A DNA stretch of 64,000 nt. Origin: Mobula hypostoma. Taxonomy: Eukaryota. The notes beneath the pieces are model-generated. The model saw only the letters and a list, made by a program, of their open reading frames with translations. It was not told the DNA's origin and ran no database searches. The stretch lies in assembly GCF_963921235.1 (NCBI RefSeq), contig NC_086118.1, positions 21,702,001 to 21,766,000 of the forward strand. The letters are read 5' to 3'. Position numbers and translations under genes: made by a program. Of the stretch, positions 11,901 through 22,922 are shown piece by piece. Numbering within the stretch: position 1 is the first letter of the stretch; each line of letters begins with the position of its first letter.

Positions 11901-13164
11901 TTTGGGAAGAGCTAGAAAAGATGGCGACAGAGGTTTTTCTAGACCCAGGTGACTACTTCTAGTTTGTCTTATTCTTCTTTTCTCATGTCTTTCTTTTCTT
12001 TTCAAGGTTGCTGGGGTCCTGTTGGAGTCCGTGATCCACAGCTACAGCTGAAACCATGGGTCTCCGTGAGTGGGGGGTTCTTGGACTGGCCGTACAGACT
12101 GCTGTCTCAATACCTCCAGGTGCGGCCTGGAAGATGTGCGTCTTCAGGGTGCGGCCCCGCAGATGATCCGGTTCCTCGCAGATGGCACTGACTGAAACAT
12201 CGGGACAGCAGGAGTCATGCACTGCTGTCAGAGGAAGGCCTCTGTACTCAAGCGATCCTCCCTTTCTCTCTCTCTCCCCTTCGATGGTGAGTGAGAGCCT
12301 GTCAGTCCATGAGTCAGGGGGCTTGGAGAAGTGACACGGAAGATTGTAACTTTGGAAGAGTCAGCTGCAGATCTCTACTCTTGCTGCAGGAGCAATCTCT
12401 CCCTCCCTTGCTGGTAAAAGAGAGCTAAATTATTGACTGTAGTTTTTAATGGACTTTAGATCAAGATCTCTTGGGGGGGGGTGGCTTTTGTTATTGCTTG
12501 CAGTGTTGGGGCTTTGGTACTTTGTTGGTGCAAGAGCGGTGGGGGGAAAGGGGAAGGTCGATGCCTCTTTTGCCTCTTGTGTATGGGAGGGGGAGGGGGA
12601 GGGGCGCTTTGCTGTTCTGATGATTTTGTCATTCATTCTTTGGGATCTTTTCTTTCTTGGAGGTCTGCAAAGAGTAAGAAATTCAGGTTGTATACCGTAT
12701 ACATTCTCTGATATTAAATTGAACCATTTCATTTTATCATGTGTCTCCTGGAACCACAGCCTTAATAATGGACTCCAACATCTTGCCAGCCACTAAAGTC
12801 AGGCGAACCAGCTTATAATTCCATGTCTTTTGTCTCCCTCCCTTCTCAAAATACTGCAAGTTTGGTTCATTGTTGAGACCAATGATGGGGAGCTACACAG
12901 CTTAGACCAGTCCCTCATGGCACGGCGTCGTCTGTTACAGCTACCCAGTGGAGGAGGCTTCAGAGGCCCTGTGGGGGAGAACGGAGGCGTTGCGGGTGTA
13001 CTGGGAACCCTGCTGAGTTTGGGGCTGGCCCCTCCCATCGTGCTGCTCTCCAGTGTGTGCTCCCTGGTAGACAAGCCGGATTGCCTTCGCTGTGGCTGAA
13101 CCAGTGCAAGATGAGGAACTGCTGTGTACTTGTTCATTCAGAAACATGGAAACATCCCTTACAC

Positions 13165-13243
13165 GAGGGGTTGCTAACCATTTTTATGCCAGGAACCAAT
13201 ACCATTAAGCAAGGGTCCGTGAACCCCAGGTTGGGAACCCCTG
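13165..13243. mobile_element. hAT (Charlie-like) MITE, 79 bp
   Basis: CAGGGGTTCCCAACC-type TIRs and an exact 8-bp TSD CCTTACAC (13157-13164, 13244-13251). Confidence 0.9.
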
Positions 13244-13574
13244 CCTTACACTTTCATGGCCATGCCGCTCAGGGACTTGTGCATGACTATGGCAACTGTG
13301 TTTTGCACTTCCACCCTATGTCATTCAGCAGTATACATGTTTATGGATGGATGACAATTAAACTTGAACTTGAACTAAAATAATGGAATGATATTTGCAT
13401 AATATTTGCCTATTTTGAGTTTTAAAACTCTGTTATGTGAATTGCTCAATACAATGGTTAAGATTGAATGTTGAGTGCATCATGGGTAATTGAACACACA
13501 ATCTCTGCGTGTCACTGATCTTCTGTGATGAGATCTCGGGGGGGAAAAGGTACATAATGATGCCTTCTATCCAG

Positions 13575-13880
13575 TGGAGCAGCAACAGAGACCCGGGTTC
13601 AATTCTGATCTCGGGTGCTGTCTATGTAAAGCTTGTTTGTTCGCATTGCAACTACATGGGTTTCTTCTGGGTACTCTCTCATCCCAAAAATGTGCATGTT
13701 CGCGGGTTATTTGGTCACAATGTTTCAGGTGTGAGGCGAGTAGTGGAATCTGGGGGGAGGTTGATGGGAACTTGGAGAGGGTTAAAAAGTGGAGTAATAT
13801 ACCATTAGTTTAAATTGGTGTTTGATGGTCAGTACAAAATGAATTGGCTGGAGGGCCAATTTCCAAGCTGTCCATGACTA
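13575..13880 (+). mobile_element. V-SINE-like tRNA-derived SINE
   Basis: B-box GGTTCAATTC, then a V-domain-like core and a CR1-type tail; related to the copies at 21610, 32554 and 35632. Confidence 0.7.
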
Positions 13881-14199
13881 CAGAGCTCAATTTTTAACAT
13901 TGTGGCTACCATGATATTAGAGAAGCAGTTGCCTTGCAGACTTCCTTGTGAATTGAAAGATACTGTTCAACTCAGTGTTCAACAAAGGTACAAATAATAA
14001 TCAAAAATGTTTTATTGTTCTTGTAGTTTTCTCGTGCAGTGTGTTGAAACTCTGACTAAACACCAAGTTAAACTGGAGCCAAAGAAGACAGAATCGTAGT
14101 AAGGTTAACCATTTACTGTTCACTCTTCCACATTAACATCATATGGTGAAAACTGTTGATAAAAAAATACAAACAAATACAGTGTCTGTTTCATTCTGG

Positions 14200-14555
14200 A
14201 GACCACCCACGCTCTCTTCTTTTAGCGAGTGTCTCCAGCCGCCCCGAGTAGGGAACGAGAGGGTTGCGTCAAACCGCCGCCGGGCTCGAGCCAACCCCGC
14301 GTTTGAAATTGAAAAGCCGGCACACACACCACTCCGACCGCTGCTTCCCTTAACAGAAACCGCATTAATATTTTTACTTCAAATACTTTCTTATGAACTT
14401 ACGGCGTTGCTTCTGTACTGTTTCTTTGTGGGAAGACACGGAGCTCTTCACGATCACGCTGCACGCATGGCACCCACCTTCACACCTTCCCAAACCGGAA
14501 GTTACACACAAGACGCGGCAAAACCGGAGGTGACATCATAACATACCGCGATATA
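14200..14555 (-). promoter_or_regulatory. CpG-rich promoter and probable first exon (~14403-14500) of a minus-strand gene
   Basis: A local CpG cluster in otherwise CpG-depleted DNA. ETS/GABP motif CCGGAAGT at 14495-14502 plus CCGGAGGT at 14524. Consensus donor GCC|gtaagt on the minus strand at 14402-14397. Confidence 0.6.
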
Positions 14556-14819
14556 CCATAGACAATGAATTTACCTTTGTTATACTGTAACATAATTATC
14601 AACCTTTAACTTTAACTAGAAAATAGTTACAAACAAATCATTTAAAGCGTAGACCCAACAAAGCCAAATAAATGCCTTAAGGGCAACACAGTTCTTAAAG
14701 ATAACTTTTACTTTAAAAAGTGGTGGGGGGAGGGAGTTCATTCTTCCTTTGTAAAACATGAGTAGAACTGATTTTGAAACATTTCTTTGCTCCATGGAAA
14801 TTTAAGCATGTAGCTTGTT

Positions 14820-15085
14820 ATACGTGTGTGACAGGATCACTGTACACGCGTGTGTTGATGTACTTGTGTATATATGATTTATTTGAGTATCTATATTTGT
14901 GTAGGTGTGTGTATGCATGTGCATACATGTACCAGAGTGTATGCCTCTGTGGTGTATATGAGTGTGTGTGTGTCTGTTTTAATGTGTGCTCATGTTGTGC
15001 GTGTATGTGTATTACTCTGTACTTTGTGTGTGTGTGCACATTAGTTTGTGATAGTATTTATGCATTTATATCTGCGTGTGCATCT
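14820..15085. repeat. Degenerate (GT)n low-complexity tract
   Basis: GT/AT-rich simple sequence. Confidence 0.85.
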
Positions 15086-15726
15086 TGACACTTTTGTTGC
15101 AAATCAGTATGTAATTGTCTCATCAGCTAAGACAGCAGCAGCTTTTTGAGTTGACATTATCAGTGTGTGATGTTAACTTTGTGTGCATTGTTGCTTTGGG
15201 CCAGTTGAGCAGCTTTGAGAGTGTTAAGTCCTGACAGCTCCAGCAGGGATTAGTGCAGCCTGGAACACCTTCTGGGTACAACTGGAGAGAGCAGACATAC
15301 AGTAAAGTTGACAAGTTTGAACTTCTCTTTGAAATGATCAAGATTGCAATTGACCAGGTCAAATAAAACCACAGTCTTTAATCTCTCAAAGGCAACTTAT
15401 ACAGAAATCATGCTTTCATAAAACAGGGGGATTCTGAACAGCATGTGAATGTAGAAAACAAAAGCTGGCTCAAACCAGCCAGAGAGTGGTATGTACAGGA
15501 AAGGAAGAGGTTACATTTTCTGAATCAAAAATTGTTACATTTTGTAACTCCAAAATATAAAACTAATTGAAAGAAAACACAGAGCCGGGAATAACGTGCC
15601 CACTTTGTTATTAGTTTTAGTGAGATTGCACAGACGATTTGATGGTGTGATGACGTAGGCCGTTCATGTATTTTTACATATAAACTGTAATGAAATAGGT
15701 AAACAACTAATAGAGCTTAATCAAAC

Positions 15727-17372
15727 GACAGAGCTGAGGAACTGCAAGGGTAAAAAGACCCTGGTGGGAGTTGTATACAGACCCAAAACAGTAGTAAGGA
15801 TGTGTCCTACAAATTAGAAAATGCATGCCAAAAGGGCAATGTTACAATAGTCATAGGGGACGTCAATATGCAGGTAGATTCATAAAATCAGGTTGGTGCT
15901 GGTTTCCAGTAGGGGGAGTTTCTAGAGTGCCTACGGGATGGATTTTTAGAGCCTGAAGTCAGATGTATCAGTATTACTGTGGAATAAGGGGAATTACAGA
16001 GACAAGAGAGGAGTTGGCCAGATTGTCTGGAAAAGAATACTGGCAGGGATGATAGCAGAGCAGCAAAGGCTGGAATTTCTGGAAGCAATTCGGAAGGCAC
16101 TGGATATATACAATACCAAAGAGGATGAAGTAAAGGAAAGATGACACAACCATGGATAGCAAGAGAGGTCAAAGCCAACATAAAACCCAAAGCGATAGCA
16201 TATAGCAGAGCAAAAATTTAGTTGGAAGTGAGGGGAATGGGAGGCTTTTTAAAACTAACAGAAGGCAACTAAAAAAAAATTAAGAAGGTAAAGATGGAAT
16301 ACGAAAATAAGCTAGCCAATAATATTAAAAAGGATGCCAAGAGTTTCTTCAGATATATAATGTGTAAAAGAGAGACAAAAGTGGATATTGGACCTCTGGG
16401 AAAATTATTCTAGAGAGGGGACAAGGAAATGGTGGATGAACTGAATAAGTAGTTTGCATCAGTCTTCACTGTGGAAGATGCTAGCAGTATGGTGGAAGTT
16501 CCAGGTGTCAGGGGTCATAAAGTGTGTGAAGTTACCATAACCAGAGAGAAGGTTCTTAGGAATCTGAAAGGAATGAAAGTAGATAAGTCACCTGGAACAG
16601 ATGATGTATACCCGAGGGTTCTGAAAGAGGTGGCTGAAGAGATCATGGAGGAATCAGTAATGATCTTTCAAAAATCACTAGATTCTGGAATGGTTCCGGT
16701 AGACTGGGAAATTGCAAATGTCACTCCACTCTTCAAGAAAGGAGAGAGGTAGAGGAAAGGAAACTACAGGCCAGTTAGTTTAACCTTAGTGGTTAGATGT
16801 TGGAGTCGATTGTTAAGGGTGTGGTTTTGAGGTAGTTGGAAGAACATGATAAAATAGGTGGTAGTCAGCATGGTTTCCTCAAGGGAAAATCTTGCGTGAC
16901 AAATCTATTGGAGTTCTTTGAAGAAATAAAAAGCAGCATAGACAAAGGAGAAATGGTTGATGTTGTGTACTTGAATTTTCAGAAGGCCTTTGACAAACTG
17001 CCACACATGAGCCTGTTTAACAAGCTATGAGCGATAGTATTTCAGGAAAGATTCCAGCATGAATAAAGCAGTGGCTAATTGGCAAGAGGCAAAGAGTGGG
17101 AATAAAGGAAACCTTTTCTGACTGGCTGCTGGTGACTAGTGGTGATCCATAGGGGCGTGTGCTGGGACTGACCCATTTTATATTATATGTCAATGATTTG
17201 GATGATAGAATTGATGGCTTTGTTGCAAAGTTAGTAGATTATTGATTGGTCAGGGCATGAAGAGATATGGGGGGAAGGCAGGAAATTGGGGCTGAGAGGG
17301 AAAATGGATCAGCCATGACAAAATGGGCCAAATGGCACAATTCTGCTCCTATATCTTGTGGTCTTATGGTCT
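15727..17372 (+). mobile_element. CR1 LINE (internally deleted) inserted in the Gypsy LTR
   Basis: DKSPGTDDVYPRVLKE, ANVTPLFKKG, SQHGFLKGKSC and NFQKAFDKLPH motifs; 3' tail GGTCTTATGGTCT. Confidence 0.92.
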
Positions 17373-20184
17373 AATATATTACAATATTACTGAAATATTA
17401 AATACACAACACTCCTCCCTGCTTAGCTATGAACTCCACCTGAACATAGAATGCTACTCAACCCAAATGTGTATTGTTCTCTAGCCATATATACATGCAG
17501 TATCCTATATAATATAACTACTATATTGACATCCACAGCATAATAATTTTTAAATAGCCCCATTCAGGTGTAAATATTTAATTGTTATGGGGATGTCTTA
17601 CTCTTATGGGATAATGTCTTTCCTGACAAGGGTGGTCACTCTGCTAGGACAATGCAGGCGTTTCTCATGGATGGAGAGGTGCTGCTCTCAGCATTGTCTG
17701 GATGTGTTGGCATCCCGAATAGAGCATGGCGAGGTGCTCAATCTGCAGATCAATCCCAGGCTACCGGACAAAGCTTTGGGCCAACACCTTCATTTTGGCC
17801 ATGCTCGGGTGACTGGCATGTAGCTCCTGGAACACTTTAGCTCTGACCTTGGATGGTATAATAACTTTCAATCCCCACATTAGGTAACCTCCACCAAAGG
17901 AAGTTCATCCTGGCCTGGTAGAAATGGGGAAATGCACATTCTAGCCATTTTTGGTGGCAACGTAGACACGAGACAGTGTGGGTTCTCTTCTGAATTCCCT
18001 TTGGATTAGCTCTACCATAATAAGGAAACTCTCTGAGGAGTGTCCACTTTTGTAAAATTTTCAGCTATTTCCTTTTCCAAGGGTAAACAGGACAATCCAT
18101 CAGCATTTCCATGATTAGTTGTCCTCTTGAATTTGATCTTTTAATCGTGTCCTCCAGGAAACGGAGCCCATTTGTGCGTTCTTGCTGCTGTTGTCAGTGG
18201 AGCACCCTTCTGTGGATTGAAAATGGACATAGCCATTTTTGATGAGTAATGAGGGTAGACTCTCTCCCATACATTTTACACCCCAAACCAAACTCAACGC
18301 CTCTGTGCAAATTTTTCTCTGCAGCAGTAAGAGAATGCTTTACAAAGACTATGGAGCATTCACTTCCCTCATTCATAATATGTGACAAGACTGCACCTGT
18401 ATCATAAGGTGAGGCATCACAGGCAAGCTTCATTGGATGGTGTGGATCATAATGTGTGTGTACAGTGTCTGATGTCACCATTTCCTTTACCTTTTTGAAA
18501 GCCACCTCACACTGTTTTGTCTATTGCTATTCCTTCCCGAACTGTAGTAGTGAGTTCAAGGAGTGGAGCACAGTAGCCAGGTTTGGCAGAAACCTGTTGT
18601 AGTAATTCACCAACCCTAAAAAGGACCACAACTGTGACACGTCCTTTGGCCTTGATGCATCCACAACTGCAAACTCTGTTATCCTTGCGCACCAATGGAG
18701 CAACCACACTAAGTGACACTTGGTTTAAAGAATTCACACTTGTTGTGTCATGCTCTGAGCTACAACCTTCTAATATTTTCAACATTATCTTGAGATTTTG
18801 AACATATTCCTTGTCATCCTCAACATTAACAGTGTTGTCATCCAGGTAACACTGTGCCTGGGCAGCCTTTCAGCACCTGGTCCATAGCTTTCTGCCAGAG
18901 TCCAGGTGCAGATGCTACTCCCAAAATAAGCCTTTTATAGCAATAAAGCCCTTTGTAAGAGTTTATAGTGAGAAACACTTTGGTTTCTTCTTCCATCTCC
19001 ATCTGTAGGTAGGCCTCTGCTGTCCGCTTTGCTGAAGTGTTTCTCCACGAAAGGGTTTACAAAGATATGCTCTGTCTTGGGCAGTGGGAATTGATCTACT
19101 TTCAGTACTGGGTTGATGATGCCTTAAAATCACTACAAGTCACTTCTTCTTGGCTACTGGGACTACTGGTGTTGCCCATGGGCTCCACTCAAGGTTGGAA
19201 AAAATTCCTACAGCCACCATGCGACCTAGCTCACTGATTACTTTTTCATGGATTTTATGAGGCACCAGACAGGCTTTGCGAAACTTGGGCGTGGCATTTC
19301 ACTTAACACTATTTTACCCTTGACCCTTGACATGTTTGAGTTTTCCAATGCCATCCTTGAACACTGCAGTGTCATCATACACTACCTTCCTTAATTTGCT
19401 TTCTGTTGACTCTATTTCCAGGGAAGTGGCATGCAATTGGTGGATGGATCTCCAATCAGGTTGTAGTTGTCTCAGTCCATCATGCTCCTGAATTGCTGGC
19501 CCTCCTGTATATACCACATATGAGCCCAATGTGGCTTGTTGGCTGTTGTCTTTCATTATTATGAATGCCATTCCACAAGAGTTACCTTTTCTCCGTATAA
19601 GTTCTTAGTTGTAAATTGGCAGGCTTCAGTTCAGTTGCCAAATGCCATTCAAACTCATTTTGTAGAATGACAAACAGCTGAACCAGTGTCCAATTCATTT
19701 TTAATTAATTTGCTGTTCACTTCTGCTGTAAGGCATATTGCTTGTTTATTGTTAGTTTTTGCTTTGTAAATCTCAAGGCTACATAGCCCTGTGTCACTCT
19801 CATCATCAGATACTTCATCAACAGCCTGTCGATCAGTACTCTTTTTGTAAATGCAACTTGACTTTTTATCTTTTTCTCTTTCCTGTGCATCCATTTGTTT
19901 TTATCTGCCCAGCATGCTCTTTGTATGTGTCTTCTTTTGTTGCCATTTCTGCAAGTTTTGCCTTTAAACCTGTTTTGGTCTGGTGTATGTGAACCTCTGC
20001 CACAACTGTAACACAATTTGTTCCGCCAGGCCGTTTTCTGTTTAGACATTGCAATTTTGTTCACGCTCACTTTCATTCCTGACTGCAACTCAATTGCATC
20101 TCTGTCTGCTGTTTCCATTGATACAACTATTCAACTGCTGTTTTAAATGTGAGTTGTGCCTCAAGTGGCAGCCATTTTTGAATG

Positions 20185-20340
20185 CTTTCTTGTAATTTTG
20201 ACAAACTATACGATCTCTTAGTGCATCGTTAAGCCCCCCACTGAACTCACAATGCTCAGGCACTTTCTTGTAATTTTGACAAACTAAGCGATCTCTTAGT
20301 GCATCGTTAAGCCCCCCACTGAACTCACAATGCTCAGGCA
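20185..20340. repeat. 78-bp tandem duplication inside Gypsy gag
   Basis: 20185-20262 and 20263-20340 differ at 2 positions; PEHCEFSGGLNDALRDR(L/I)VCQNYKK appears twice. Confidence 0.95.
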
Positions 20341-20785
20341 ATCTCTTCAATTCAGCCACATATGCTGAAATAGTCTCTCTTTCTTTTTAATTCTGCTTGC
20401 GAAGCATAAGGTGTTCTGCAATCAATAGCAGTTTTGATTCTAAATGTTCCTGCAATTACTTTCACGATATCAGCAAAGCTAATTTTGGCTGGTTTCACTG
20501 GAGCAGTTAAACTTCTAAGCAAACTGTAAGCTTTTCCACCCAATGCACTGAACAAAATTGGCACTCAGTTTTCATTTGCTTCAAAATACTGCTCAATTCA
20601 CTCTGTACATCAGCCATGAAACTGAGAACTTCCTGATGCAAATTTTTGAAATAAGTCTTTTTTTCTTTCTTTGTTGAAGTATGATGGCAAATTCTTGCTC
20701 TGTGTTTAGGTGCATTCATTTTACAGCCCATGAAACAATATATAAATGATGAGGCCGCAGATTCCTCCCAAAGTTTAGAAAGTCC

Positions 20786-20812
20786 GTGTGTGTGTGTGTG
20801 TGTGTGTGTGTG
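20786..20812. repeat. (GT)n microsatellite
   Basis: Perfect dinucleotide run. Confidence 0.95.
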
Positions 20813-21609
20813 AATACATTATAACTTTGATATATTGCAGTTGGATCATAGATGGATCAAAAGGTAACTGCATTACAAAACAAGTTTGTACCTGGTTTAA
20901 GCCTGTTCAGATGTACTTGGCTCTGGTGCCGACTCTCAGCTTGCTACAGCTGTCCTGATCTCACTGAGCTTTTCTGGATGTCTGTACAGCAATCCCACTT
21001 TTTATTCTCCTCTCTTTTTTAGGCTCCACCGCTCACCAGGGACAAATTACACTAAGTGGCTGAATAATCTGCGTTTCTACATCCTAAAGGCATCTGTGAA
21101 TCAGGGCTAGCTCCAAGCGGCAATTAGACCTCAGAGACCCCATCACACAGCCCTGTTTCTGAAGCGCACTGATGGGCTTTGTCAGCTCACCATTTCGAAG
21201 GCTTTAGAGCTGCTTTTAAAATGTCTCTGAGAAGTCTAAATAATTTAAAATAAAACTAAATATCTAAATCAAAAATATAAAGACATTGTTATAAAATATT
21301 AAAATAAAGCAAAAAAAGTAAAATAATTTGAATACATAACTGCACTTACCTTTTTCCATTGGGCGCAACTACCTCCATGTTGTCTATAGTTCTGTGTTTG
21401 GCCAAGCTTGGCCGCACTGCACACTGTCACTCTGTCTGATTCAGTCTGTTAGGAGTAGCCTGTATAAATTAAATTGGTCTGAAAACCTGCTGTCTCATCT
21501 TAGGCTGCAGCAGAAATATTCTTACATGGGCTAAGTTTTTTGGCCGCAGGGATTTCCCGGAGTTGATTTATTATGATGCCTCAACTGAAAATCAGCTAAC
21601 TGTGGTGTA

Positions 21610-21930
21610 TCTAGAAGGGCCGCTGCCTCGCTGTGCCAGAGACCCAGGTTTAATTCTAACTCCAGCTACCGCCATGTAGAGTTTGCACACTTTCTCTGTG
21701 ACCGTGTGGGTTTTCACCGTGTGCTCCGACTTCTACCCACGTTTCAAAGGTAGGTGGTTTGGTAGGTCAATTAGCCACTGTAGGTTGTCCGTAGTGACGG
21801 AATCTGAGAAGAGTTCATGAGAAAGAGGGAGAATAAAAAGTGGGAATATTGTATGATTGGTGAAACTGGTTGGTTAATAGTGGATGTGGACTCATTGAGC
21901 TGAAGCAATGTTTCTTTGCTCTATCTTCCA
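21610..21930 (+). mobile_element. V-SINE-like SINE
   Basis: GCTGCCTC..AGAGACCCAGGTT head and GAGTTTGCAC..GTGACCGTGTGGGTTTTC core. Confidence 0.75.
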
Positions 21931-22269
21931 TAATCCTTTGAACATCCAGCAGTTATACTTCATCATGACTATCCCTACGATTGTTCAAATCTGAGCCGAT
22001 GTTGGGGAGCACATTGCTGCCATAACTGCATGTGGTTTGGTCGAGCAGATGGGGGAATCATAATATGAATTAAATGTAAATAAATCTCATTTTGAAAATA
22101 TAGCTGTTTTATGGACTACAGCAGTAATTCGGAGAATTCAGGTAATGTTAATCCCACAGCTTGATTCTCATTGAATTGGCCCAACATGATTGACCCACAT
22201 ACAAACACACAAATTAGGAACAGACTTAGGCCACCTGGTCCATTAAAGCGTCTTTGTCATTTAATATTA

Positions 22270-22922
22270 AATTGGATTGACTTTATTACTTACATCCTTC
22301 ATATACATGAGGAGTAAAAATCTTTACATTATGTCTCTGTCTAAGTGTGCAATGTGCAATGTATAATAATTTATAATAAATATTATGTACAACAGGATAG
22401 TCAATATAACATAAAAATACAGTTGCGTCAGCATGAATTAATCAGTCTGATGGCCTGGTGGAAGAAGCTGTCCCGGAGCCTGTTGGTCCTGGCTTTTATC
22501 CTGCGGTACTGTTTCCCGGATGGCAGCAGCTGGAACAGTTTGTGGTTGGGGTGACTCGGGTCCCCAGTGATCTTCGGGCCCTTTTTACACACCTGTCTTT
22601 GTTAATGTCCTGAATAGTTGGAAGTTCCCGTTTACAAATGCGCTGGGCTGTCCGCACCACTCTCTGCAGAGTCCTGCGATTGAGGGAAGTACAGTTCCCA
22701 TACCAGGCAATGATGCAGCCAGTCAGGATGCTCTCACTTGTGCCCCTATGGAAAATTCTTGGGATTTGGGGGCCCATATCAAATTTCTTCAATCGTCTGA
22801 GGTGAAAGAGGCGCTGTTGTGCCTTTTTCACTACACAGCCGGTATGTATAGACCATGTGAGATCCTTGGTGATGTTTATGCTGAGGAACTTAAAGCTGTT
22901 CACCCTCTCAACCCCAGATCCA
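22270..22922 (-). mobile_element. Rex1/Babar LINE 3' end
   Basis: ORF 22496-22948 (VERVNSFKFL..KKAQQRLFHLRRLKKF..ESILTGCIIAWYGNC) plus a 3' UTR with AATAAA. Confidence 0.9.

Larger units (their letters stand above)
15533..20650 (-). mobile_element. Degraded Gypsy element (gag-CCHC, protease, RT, RNase H, integrase remnant); 3' LTR split by CR1; 5' LTR not seen
   Basis: LTR 15533-15726 + 17373-17411 (TGTT..AACA) with PPT AAGCAGGGAGGAG. Gag LGGKAYSLLRSL, LRDRLVC and CYSCG; protease ELDTGSAV; FLGLVNYYNRFLPNLA; RNase H LACDASPY..GAVLSH. Confidence 0.9.

Noticed and set aside
14143..14541. 132-aa + strand ORF over the CpG-rich region
   Set aside because: Likely a by-product of GC content; the splice signal points to a minus-strand first exon.
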